Below are positions 1 to 33,651 of a stretch of DNA of 64,000 nt, piece by piece; within the stretch, counting starts at the first letter, position 1; each line of letters starts with the position of its first letter. Below the pieces are notes generated by a model, which saw only the letters and a list, made by a program, of their open reading frames with translations, made no database searches and was not told the DNA's origin. Source of the stretch: Chrysomallon squamiferum (lineage: Eukaryota; Animalia; Mollusca); contig CM022668.1 of the NCBI GenBank assembly GCA_012295275.1, positions 10,230,001 to 10,294,000 of the forward strand, read 5' to 3'. Position numbers and translations under genes: made by a program.

Positions 1-247
1 TCTATATAATGTTTTTTAAAGAGATCGGGTTTAATAATCCTTTAGACAATGTAAACTAAGTTTTGCCTGTCATTGTGAATATTCAGTAACGTCTGATATG
101 TATGTTTGTGTGTATGTATTTAAGGAATTCAAGTTGACCATTGTAATATATATTACAATCTGCTTTTATCCTTTTCAGTTTTAAATCTATTTTTTTTTTA
201 TTATTATTATTATTATATCAAAAATATTTATTTTCTTTACTGTACAG

Positions 248-2654
248 CAGGGGTGGCCAAACTTTTTTACCAGAGGGCCAAATTTGCAACTTTGTTGCCA
301 CTGGAGGGCCGGATTAAATGAAATTTACGTAAAATTTGTCGTAACTGGTTGCCATCTTTATTAAAATATATATTATTGTAGTAGAATAACAATAAATAAC
401 ACCATCTTGTTTACACTTGTATTTAATAAAAGGTTTATATATCAATGAGATAAATGCAACTGTCCACAATTTTGAACAAGCCTTTTAAAGTCTGGAGTAA
501 AACTAGTTGTCGAAACTTTCATAATTGCTTGTAAATTTGCATCTGACAATACTGATCTGTTTTTTGACTTTGTTTGATTTAAGCATGAAAAAGTCTGTTC
601 ACAAATATAAGTTGATCCAAATATACACAGCATCCTAGCAGCAAAACCTCGTAGATTGATAAACTTTTCAGCAGGCAAATATTTGAAAAATTCTACCAAA
701 GGCATATTCCTAAACTTCGTTTTCAGCTCATTATTAGCTTGTAGATCTATTAGTTCCAGCTGAAGAACATCAGGGGCTGTCTCAATTTCTGTACTGAAGG
801 GTGAAACAAGTATATTAAATGATGAATCCATTACTCTGAAGTCTGAAAATCTTCTTTGGAATTCTTGTTTCAAGATGCAGAGTTGATTGCTGTATTTTTC
901 AGCAAGTTTACTATCTACTGTTGCCTTCCTTAGCAAAGAAAAATGAATAAAATTACATTCTGATATCTGTTTGGCAAAAAGTGAGAGCTTTGCCTCAAAA
1001 GCTTTTACTTTGGTGTACATATCATACACAAATAATCCTTTTCCTTGCAATTCCAAATTTAGAGAATTTAGCTTTTCAAACATTTCAGTGGCAAACATAA
1101 AATCACAAAGCCAGTAATCATTTTTCATCTTCTCTATAAAATCACATTTCATTTGTTTGATATCAAGGAAAAGGAGAATTTCGTCTCTTAGTTCAAAGAC
1201 TCTTCTTAGAACTTTCCCATGACTAAGCCACCGAACACTATTGTCTCAATATCATCCAGTAATGTCTTGAATTGTCTGTGTGATAATGGTCTGGATCTGA
1301 GTAGATTAACTACTTCAACTACAGGACGTATCACATGATTAAAATCCAGAGCTGACTTGCATAAACTTTCTTGATGAATGATACAATGAAATTTCCATAT
1401 TTCATGCTGAGGACAGTTTTCTTTAATCTTCTTTTGTAGGAGGCTAATCATGCCTTTGTTTTTTCCAGTTAGAGCAGGTGCACCGTCAGTAGTGATACTC
1501 ACCAATTTATTCCACGGCAGGCCAGCCTCCTCCACACACTTTATTACACATTTACACAGGTCTTCCCCCGTAGTTGTGCCTTTTAAAGGTTCAACTGATA
1601 ACAACTCCTCTGAAATTGTAAAATCTGACTTGATACCACGTATAAATATCATGAGTTGTGCAATGTCCTGAACATCATTGCTTTCATCCAGAGCTAATGA
1701 AAACCACATGAAATCAGTGCAAGCAGTGTGAAGCTGTTGGGACAAATCTTTGCTGATATCTTGTACCCTTCTCATAACTGTATTCCTTGATAGTGCAATA
1801 TTTTCAAATTTATTCTGTGCTTCTGGACAAAGTATGCGTGCTGCATCCACAATGCAGTCTTTTACAAATTCTCCATCAGAAAAAGGTTTTTTGCATTGTG
1901 CAATTTTGTAACTAATATAAAAACTAGCTTCTGTTGCTGAAATGTGAATGGATTGTGTCTTTGAAAAAAGCGACTGTTGCTTTATTAGATTTTTCACCAT
2001 ATCAGCAGCTTTATTAACCTTTTGCTCTGTTGATAGTCCTTCACTGTATCCAGCGTGTTTTGTATTATAGTGTCTTTTCAAATTATATTCTTTAAAAACT
2101 GATATTCCCTCATTACAAATTAAACACGCTGCTTTCCCATTTACCGCAGTGAAAAAATATTGATATGTCCATTCCTCCTTAAAAACTCGGCATTCATCAT
2201 CTACTTTTCTCTTTTTCGTTGGAGACATTTTAACTGATAAGGTAGAGAAAAAAATAAAATTATTGCTGCTTCTGAGAAGAAAATCCAATGTGCGTATTGT
2301 CTCTTACATGCTCAGTAAAATACTGAAAGTCAAAGCTGGAACAATTAACTTCCTGATTTCTTACAAAGTAGGCTAGTAGGCCAAAGGGATGTGAAAAAGA
2401 GCACATACAGGCTATGTTAGCTACTTACGTCATGGTTGGCAGACTGTTCTAAAAATAACGCTGCAAGGGCATTTATTCTAAAAATAACAACGCTTGCCAC
2501 AAGCTACTGCTAGTAGCAGCCAGCGCTGTTGCACTGCTTGTTCACAGTGGTAAATATGGTGCTTGGAAAAAAACAAGGCAAGGTGTTTGGCGGGCCGGAT
2601 GAAACAGGACTGGGGGCCGGATGCGGCCCGCGGGCCGTAGTTTGGCCACCACTG
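248..2654 (-). mobile_element. hAT DNA transposon (Buster/SPIN/GTF2IRD2-like), copy 1, 2407 bp, non-autonomous
   Basis: 16-bp TIRs CAGGGGTGGCCAAACT (248) and AGTTTGGCCACCACTG (ends 2654), 1 mismatch. Perfect 8-bp TSD CTGTACAG at 240-247 and 2655-2662 fits the Buster nnnTAnnn pattern. GGCCC-rich subterminal repeats and an internal transposase. Confidence 0.95.
442..2228 (-). pseudogene. hAT transposase (BED finger, DDE, C-terminal dimerisation domain), split by a frameshift near 1243
   Basis: Likely start MSPTKKRK at 2228. BED finger CLIC..HYNTKH; catalytic motifs LALDES, ITTDGA and TYICEQTFS; CIIH motif. The VRWLSHGKVL motif lies in the downstream frame, so ORFs 1206-2288 and 442-1152 are two halves of one gene. 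Confidence 0.9.
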
Positions 2655-2812
2655 CTGTACAGAATGAATAATTTGATTTCCTTTTTTTATTTATCTATTC
2701 CACTATTATCTGTCTTAATATTATATTTATGTAGATTATAATACTAGAAATGATGATGATGATGATGATAATAATAATAACGATAATGAAAATAGTAATA
2801 ATAATGATATTG

Positions 2813-2858
<46 letters not shown>

Positions 2859-3704
2859 CAATAATAATAAGAAGAAGAAGAAGAAGAAGAATATTAAAAT
2901 GAGTCATAATATATATATTGTAAAAAAATAATGTGCAAGACAAAGGAATTATTATCATTTAATTTTAATTTAATTTCTAACAAATGTTAATAAGATATAA
3001 ATCTCTGTCTATGTAACAGATTTATTTTCTACGTAATATATTTTTACCTTTGATGGCTTTTTTTCCCTTTGGTTGCCCCCCCCCATTATTCATAAGTGCA
3101 TTTTGCATATGACTAATAGTTTAATTTATGTCGATAACATCTCTGTAAAAAATTTAAGAGATCGGGTTTAATAATCCTTTAGCTAATCTAAACTACGTAC
3201 AGCCTATCTTTGTGAATATCTGTAACCTTTGATATGAATGTGTTTGTTTTCATGTACGTATGTATTTAAGAATTAAAAAATGAACTAGCTTAGAAATTTT
3301 AGTATAAATTTATTATTTTACTGTCGTATGATTAAAATATTTATTTAAGTACATACAACATTTAAAAAAAAAAAATATTTTCTTTACTGTACAGAACGGA
3401 TCACGTGATTCCCTTTTTTTCAAAATTATATTTCCACATAGGCCTGTCTTAATAGTATATTTATATAGATGATGATAACAGAAATAACTTGTATTTCTTA
3501 ATTGGTTATTATTATTATTATTGTTGTTGTTGTTGTTGTTGTTGTTAATATTATTATTATTATTAAAAAAATAATACAACGAGAAAACAGAACAAGAACA
3601 GAAAGATTAGGTGTAACAAGATGATGAACAAAGAACATAAAAGACAACAAACAATAACAGTTGCTATAACTTAAAACTGTAGAGATCAATACAAGTTTAA
3701 CTAC

Positions 3705-3735
3705 CTGTAGGAGAAGTGTCTGTAGTCGCAATTAT
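3705..3735 (-). pseudogene. Orphan copy of the 31-nt PTP D1-D2 linker exon (IIATTDTSPT) with flanking intron sequence
   Basis: Matches gene A exon 12520-12550 and its flanks (about 3575-3800 vs 12390-12620). AG and GT are intact; no neighbouring exons are present. Confidence 0.8.
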
Positions 3736-3739
3736 CTAC

Positions 3740-3780
<41 letters not shown>

Positions 3781-5078
3781 TGATGATGATGATGATGATG
3801 ATGATAATAATGATAAAGACGATTATGATAATAAATCATAATGATTATGATGATTCAATGGCGAGTCCTTTCTACCGGTGCGGTAGTGAACCCTTACCCC
3901 CGTAAAGAGATGCATTTTATTAAAATTAATTTACTGTTAGTGTCATAAATTCATCTTCAAATGTATCGCAGAAATAAAATAAATAAAATAATTAAATAAA
4001 TGTCGAGTATCAACGATACGATCATGCCATCAGTAAAAAACGAATTTGTATATGTAAAAATATTTTAACGATTTTTGAATATAATCTAGGCGTGTTTTTT
4101 AATATGGTAAGAATTTGCATATACCTTTTTTTTCACAAAATTATTAAGACTCTGCACATAGAAAAAATTCGGGAACACACTGGCGCAGGAGGACAAAGTC
4201 CAATTACTACCTCACAGTTATTTAAAATTCATCAAGTGACGTTTCAGTCTATGTATCCGTTCATGAATATTTATATATGTGTGTGTGTGAATATATATGT
4301 GTGTGTGTGTGTATGTGTGTGTAAATATATGTATGTGTGTATGTGTGTATGTACAATGATCATTTTATGATTCCATCTCAAGTGATTCAAGTTGACCATT
4401 GCAACATGTATTAAAATCTGCTTTGGTCCTTTCAATTTTAATGTTAATTTTGTTTTACTAGGTTATTATTTACATACATACAACATTTTAAGAATAATAT
4501 TTTCATTACTGTACAGAATGGATCAATTATACGTATATATTTTTTAATAGCTAAATTATTAAATAGCAAATAAATGAATATTTTTTAATTATGAATTTGT
4601 CAAAAACAAAAACAAAATTGTATTGTAAGATGTTTAATTTTGTCAGTAGAGAAACTTGGTATTTTTACCTAACAATGACAATGAAAGTTAGAATTAAAGA
4701 TGAAACTGAAATAATGAAAATCACTAAGGTTTTCTGGGGAGAGACACTGAGGCCTGTGTGTTAAGAAAGGATACAGGGACTGGGGTGAAAAAATATCTTT
4801 ATTTTGATACCTTGGATCTGCATAATATATAACAGGTTAACATTTATTTGTTTAATTATTTCATTGAATTGAATTTAATTTTAATTTTAATTAACATTTT
4901 TTCTTACCTATTTATTTATTTATTTATTTATTTATTTATTTGTTTGTTTGTCTGTCTTGTAAATTATTCCATTGCTTGTGTAATAATAGTCATGTCTGGT
5001 ATAAAAGAGACCCACAGAAGGGCTCCAGTGATGACTTTGTAATTACTGAGTTGAATTGGTACAGTAAAGCTAATAATG

Positions 5079-7485
5079 CAGTGGTGGCCAAACTACGGCC
5101 CGCGGGCCGCATCCGGCCCCCAGTCCTGTTTCATCCGGCCCGCCAAACACCTTGCCTTGTTTTTTTCCAAGCACCATATTTACCACTGTGAACAAGCAGT
5201 GCAACAGCGCTGGCTGCTACTAGCAGTAGCTTGTGGCAAGCGTTGTTATTTTTAGAATAAATGCCCTTGCAGCGTTATTTTTAGAACAGTCTGCCAACCA
5301 TGACGTAAGTAGCTAACATAGCCTGTATGTGCTCTTTTTCACATCCCTTTGGCCTACTAGCCTACTTTGTAAGAAATCAGGAAGTTAATTGTTCCAGCTT
5401 TGACTTTCAGTATTTTACTGAGCATGTAAGAGACAATACGCACATTGGATTTTCTTCTCAGAAGCAGCAATAATTTTATTTTTTTCTCTACCTTATCAGT
5501 TAAAATGTCTCCAACGAAAAAGAGAAAAGTAGATGATGAATGCCGAGTTTTTAAGGAGGAATGGACATATCAATATTTTTTCACTGCGGTAAATGGGAAA
5601 GCAGCGTGTTTAATTTGTAATGAGGGAATATCAGTTTTTAAAGAATATAATTTGAAAAGACACTATAATACAAAACACGCTGGATACAGTGAAGGACTAT
5701 CAACAGAGCAAAAGGTTAATAAAGCTGCTGATATGGTGAAAAATCTAATAAAGCAACAGTCGCTTTTTTCAAAGACACAATCCATTCACATTTCAGCAAC
5801 AGAAGCTAGTTTTTATATTAGTTACAAAATTGCACAATGCAAAAAACCTTTTTCTGATGGAGAATTTGTAAAAGACTGCATTGTGGATGCAGCACGCATA
5901 CTTTGTCCAGAAGCACAGAATAAATTTGAAAATATTGCACTATCAAGGAATACAGTTATGAGAAGGGTACAAGATATCAGCAAAGATTTGTCCCAACAGC
6001 TTCACACTGCTTGCACTGATTTCATGTGGTTTTCATTAGCTCTGGATGAAAGCAATGATGTTCAGGACATTGCACAACTCATGATATTTATACGTGGTAT
6101 CAAGTCAGATTTTACAATTTCAGAGGAGTTGTTATCAGTTGAACCTTTAAAAGGCACAACTACGGGGGAAGACCTGTGTAAATGTGTAATAAAGTGTGTG
6201 GAGGAGGCTGGCCTGCCGTGGAATAAATTGGTGAGTATCACTACTGACGGTGCACCTGCTCTAACTGGAAAAAACAAAGGCATGATTAGCCTCCTACAAA
6301 AGAAGATTAAAGAAAACTGTCCTCAGCATGAAATATGGAAATTTCATTGTATCATTCATCAAGAAAGTTTATGCAAGTCAGCTCTGGATTTTAATCATGT
6401 GATACGTCCTGTAGTTGAAGTAGTTAATCTACTCAGATCCAGACCATTATCACACAGACAATTCAAGACATTACTGGATGATATTGAGACAATAGTGTTC
6501 GGTGGCTTAGTCATGGGAAAGTTCTAAGAAGAGTCTTTGAACTAAGAGACGAAATTCTCCTTTTCCTTGATATCAAACAAATGAAATGTGATTTTATAGA
6601 GAAGATGAAAAATGATTACTGGCTTTGTGATTTTATGTTTGCCACTGAAATGTTTGAAAAGCTAAATTCTCTAAATTTGGAATTGCAAGGAAAAGGATTA
6701 TTTGTGTATGATATGTACACCAAAGTAAAAGCTTTTGAGGCAAAGCTCTCACTTTTTGCCAAACAGATATCAGAATGTAATTTTATTCATTTTTCTTTGC
6801 TAAGGAAGGCAACAGTAGATAGTAAACTTGCTGAAAAATACAGCAATCAACTCTGCATCTTGAAACAAGAATTCCAAAGAAGATTTTCAGACTTCAGAGT
6901 AATGGATTCATCATTTAATATACTTGTTTCACCCTTCAGTACAGAAATTGAGACAGCCCCTGATGTTCTTCAGCTGGAACTAATAGATCTACAAGCTAAT
7001 AATGAGCTGAAAACGAAGTTTAGGAATATGCCTTTGGTAGAATTTTTCAAATATTTGCCTGCTGAAAAGTTTATCAATCTACGAGGTTTTGCTGCTAGGA
7101 TGCTGTGTATATTTGGATCAACTTATATTTGTGAACAGACTTTTTCATGCTTAAATCAAACAAAGTCAAAAAACAGATCAGTATTGTCAGATGCAAATTT
7201 ACAAGCAATTATGAAAGTTTCGACAACTAGTTTTACTCCAGACTTTAAAAGGCTTGTTCAAAATTGTGGACAGTTGCATTTATCTCATTGATATATAAAC
7301 CTTTTATTAAATACAAGTGTAAACAAGATGGTGTTATTTATTGTTATTCTACTACAATAATATATATTTTAATAAAGATGGCAACCAGTTACGACAAATT
7401 TTACGTAAATTTCATTTAATCCGGCCCTCCAGTGGCAACAAAGTTGCAAATTTGGCCCTCTGGTAAAAAAGTTTGGCCACCCCTG
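5079..7485 (+). mobile_element. hAT DNA transposon (Buster-like), copy 2, 2407 bp, inverted relative to copy 1
   Basis: TIRs CAGTGGTGGCCAAACT (5079) and AGTTTGGCCACCCCTG (ends 7485). Perfect TSD TAATAATG at 5071-5078 and 7486-7493. ORF translations identical to copy 1. Confidence 0.95.
5505..7291 (+). pseudogene. hAT transposase, frameshifted near 6490
   Basis: ATG at 5505 follows a polypyrimidine-CAG acceptor ending at 5499. The first frame ends ..DDIETIVFGG..*, while the alternative frame from 6491 reads NSVRWLSHGKVLRRVFELRDEI into the 6581-7291 ORF. Confidence 0.9.
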
Positions 7486-8466
7486 TAATAATGGATAAAA
7501 CGAAATAAATCTAAATTTTCTTCTGTTCTTTTGTTACAATAAAGCAGTAATTTTACATTATTATAGTTCAGTGTGACACTCAAAATTCCTTATTTGTGAA
7601 TGGAGATTTTCTGTTTTAATGGAAGAGTGTACACGTTATGTTCTTGCGATGATAATGATTGCGATGATGATGATGATGATGATGATGATGATAATAATAA
7701 TAATAAAATGAGTCACAATATGCAAAATAGTTAATTTTGATTTGATTTTGTTTTTATTTTATTTCTAATAAATGTTAAGAAAATATATATATATGTCAAA
7801 AACAATTACTGATGTTAAAACAATTATTGACGATAATGACAATACTAATAATAATGATAATAATAATACTAATATTAATAGCAGCAGCTGTACAGTATTA
7901 CTTGTAATAGTAACAGCAATAGTTAGAGTAGTAATAATAGTAATAATAGTGGTGATAATAGAAATAGTATATATATATATATATATGGTTGTGTAAGTGT
8001 GTAACTATGTAGGTAGGTATGTATATATATATGTGTGTGTGTGTGTGTGTTTGTAATAGCAATGAAAATGTGTATGTGTGTCCGTGTATCTATCTGCCTA
8101 CCCATCTATCTGTCTGTTTATCTATATATTTATCTATTTTACATTATTCATCCAAATAGACACCGATTATATGATTATGGTATTATCAGATCATTTGTAC
8201 ACTTTAACCTTAAATAAAAATATATTGAATTTAACACTGACATCCTACTTTAGCAAGAAAAGTTTCGGCTTAAAACATGTTAAAGATATAAACTTTAAAT
8301 ATCCACTTTGACGTCTGGATGCCAAAGTTAAACAACCAGAATCTCCTAAGTAAAAACAGTACGTCCCGAACTGAGATCAGATTTCACAGTTTGAAAAGTG
8401 GATGTCCCAAGTCTTTGTTAGTGTTCACAGTTTTAAAACTGGATACAGCGTCTCTTCATTAGCCAT

Positions 8467-30584
<22,118 letters not shown>

Positions 30585-30589
30585 TTTGT

Positions 30590-30860
30590 CTGTTCTGAAA
30601 CAACAAAATCTGTTAACTTTTACAAAACACCTCCTTTCTTTGTCCGAGTAGTTGTGTCAAGTAACAAGAAATCACAAAACACACATTGTTCTGCGGGTTG
30701 TTATAAATACACTTACTAGAGATGTGACCTGTAAATGTATTCGCCTGTTTCTTTTAAACGTGTCAAGCTGCAGTCATGTGTAAAATAATCTTGTCGAACA
30801 AGTTAACCAGGAAGATGTTTTTATTTTTATGCGGGAGCGTATCGGTGACATTCAGCTGAG
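30590..30860 (-). promoter_or_regulatory. Putative 5'UTR/promoter block conserved upstream of all three first exons (also ~40795-41070 and ~52585-52860)
   Basis: Conserved among the three copies. TATA-like TTATAA at ~30701 and ETS-like CCAGGAA at ~30807. Function is inferred only. Confidence 0.35.
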
Positions 30861-32214
30861 TGTCAAATGTACCTGTGTGTTTCTCTATCAGTCTGTCTAC
30901 CTCTCTCTGTTACTCTGTCTGTGTCTATAGCTTTCTAAATCAACACGACACACGCACGCATATATCTGAGTCAAAGGAAAAGCATACAAACAGATAAGCA
31001 CACTTACACATGCATACAGATTTTGTTTTTCTACGTATGTTTTCACTGTTATTGTTTTGTTGTTGTTGTTGTTGCTTTTGTTTGTTTTGTTCGGGGAGGG
31101 GGGCTCATTTTTTTCCTGTATTTTGCGTTTGACTAAGAGTTTAATTTGTGCAGATAACATCTAAGCAAAACAGTTGCAAAACAGGAGATCGGGTTTATAA
31201 TTCTTTAGCTTATATAAACTAAGTATTGCCTATCGTTATGTTGTTTTATTGCTAAAAACCCCAGTAATTTTACATTATTATAGTGAAGTACAGCACTCCG
31301 AATATATTATTAGTGAATCTATATTTCTTGTGTGCATGCATTCTATTACTACTTTATTCTTTTTCTTTTGAAAGTTTGCGCGCCACTTATAATGTTGGGT
31401 GTGTGCGAACGGTCCCTCTCGCCCCACCCAAGCAATTCCGTTGTTGTTATGATAATGATTGTGATGATAATAATAATAATTATAATAACAACAACAATAA
31501 TAATAATAATAATAATAATTATAATAATAATCGTAATAATAATAAAATGAGTCATCGTATGCAAAATGGATATATTTAAGCAAAATAATGTTAAATACAA
31601 ATATTATTTTCATTTTGTTCTTTATTTTCGTTCTAACAAATAGTAATAAAATATAAATATGATAAAACAATCACTGACGTTAAAATAATAATAATAATAA
31701 CAACAGCAGCAGTAGTAGTACTAGTAATAGTATTAGCAATAGTTAGAGTAGTAATAATAGTAATAGTAATAATATAAATAGTATGGCGGTATGGGTAGTA
31801 GTACTACTACTAATAATAATGGTAGTAGTAGTAGTGATAGTAATAGTAGTAGTAGTCGCAGTAGTAGTAGTAGTAGTAGTAGTAATAGTAATAGTAGTAG
31901 TAGTAGTAGCAGCAGTAATATAGTATGAACTACAATGTAATTTGTCGAAACATATTATCTTTTGACTTTATCAAATTAACAAGATATATTTATACAGGTT
32001 TACAAACGACCATAATTATATAGATATGATGGCAGATATACAGACACATACACTCATGCACGCACGAATGATATATACATCGTTAATATGTATCCTATTA
32101 GTAATCTAATTAATCCAAATTAATGTGCTTAAGACAAATAAAACTGAATTTAAATCAGAAAAATAATTCTTATGTCATTTGTAATCCGTATATATATATA
32201 GATACGTAGATAAT

Positions 32215-32254
<40 letters not shown>

Positions 32255-32708
32255 TACAATACACATACATATAATGTTGTGTAGGTATATAGGTATGTAG
32301 GTATGTAGGTATGTCTATGTTATGTCTTTGTAATAACTTTGAAAGTGTATCTGTCTACATTTATCTATTTATCTATCTATATATCTGTCTGTCTAGCTGT
32401 CTATCTATCTATCTGTCTGTCTGTCTATATAGTTATTTATTTTTTTATACTGTTCATTCAGATAGACATTCATTATATCAATTTGTACAGCTTTATCTTG
32501 ATATACGATACAAAAATCAAAATGTCTTAAATTTAGCAGTCTCGGTTTTTTAAATTGTTAAAGTTACAAACATTAAATATCCACTTTGATGTCTGGATGC
32601 TAAAGTTAAACAACAAGAGTCTCACAATTAAAGATAATACGTCCCGAATTGAAATCAGATTTCACAGTTTGAAAAGTGGATGTCCCAAGTGTTTGTTAGT
32701 TTTGACAG

Positions 32709-33598
32709 TTATAAAACTGGTTGTTCCACCTCTTCTTTGGTGATTGAAATGTTTGCATATATTCCAGAGGATTCAGGGTGAGCGAAAGGAAGAGAACAGA
32801 AAAATATAAAGTCATCCTGGAAGAGAAAAAAATAAAAAGATTAGTAAAATCACAATGAAGGGGAAATCGCCAGTACCTGAAGAAAATAAGTCATCCTGGG
32901 AGATAAAATGAAAATAGAAAAGAAAAAAAAAGGTTAGTAAAATCATTATGAAGGGAAATCATCAGTCACCGAAGAAAATTAATAAAAAGATAAAAATTCA
33001 TTCAATTTTGCTTATTGTTTAAACTGAGAAATTTTGCTTATTTTCTAAACTGAATGTTTAACTAATCTACATTTCTACATACATGTGCATACACGCATAT
33101 ACATCGTCTATTTATAGATACGTACTCACAAAGACACACACATCCATCCATCCAATCCATTCATCTAACCAGATATCTGTATAATGTAATTATTACTGAC
33201 AACAAACCTCAGATATGTGAATGTTAGGAAGAACAGTTTGTAGTCGTCTGACGTTGTTGAATATTTCAACTCGTTTATCAGTGAATACTGAACTCATGAT
33301 GTTGTTGAGGATGCACAGTGAAACGCCTTGTTTCTTCTCTGATTCACTGTCAAAGAAAAATAAAATATGTGAAGTATAGTATGTCTGTCTGTCTGTCTGT
33401 CTGTCTGAATCTCGCAATGTTTTAGCATGTGCATGAAAGAGATACCTAGAGATTAATACTTGCTGAAATTAAATAATATAATAGTAGTTATTGGTCTGGG
33501 TTTATGTTATTTAGTTATATATGCATTCATACATTTATACATAATGATGCATAATAAATAAATACACACTTACCTACCTACCTACCTACCTATCTAAA

Positions 33599-33651
<53 letters not shown>

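Noticed and set aside
1450-1671. 73-aa ORF (and its twin at 6062-6283)
   Set aside because: Antisense shadow of the transposase.
248-2654. Domesticated GTF2IRD2/ZBED-type host gene
   Set aside because: Intact TIRs, perfect TSDs, a duplicate copy and a frameshift indicate a mobile element.
2695-3731. Poly-I/N/L ORFs here and many similar ones (poly-ER, -Y, -V, -K, -T) across the window
   Set aside because: Translations of AAT, AG, TAG, CTT and CA microsatellites with no domain content.
3859-4202. GC-richer ends suggesting another MITE
   Set aside because: The inverted-repeat match is too weak and no TSD is identifiable.
248-7485. One 7.2-kb composite or foldback element, or an inversion artefact
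   Set aside because: Each copy has its own perfect TSD, the outer flanks do not match each other, and both outer ends are 3' ends.
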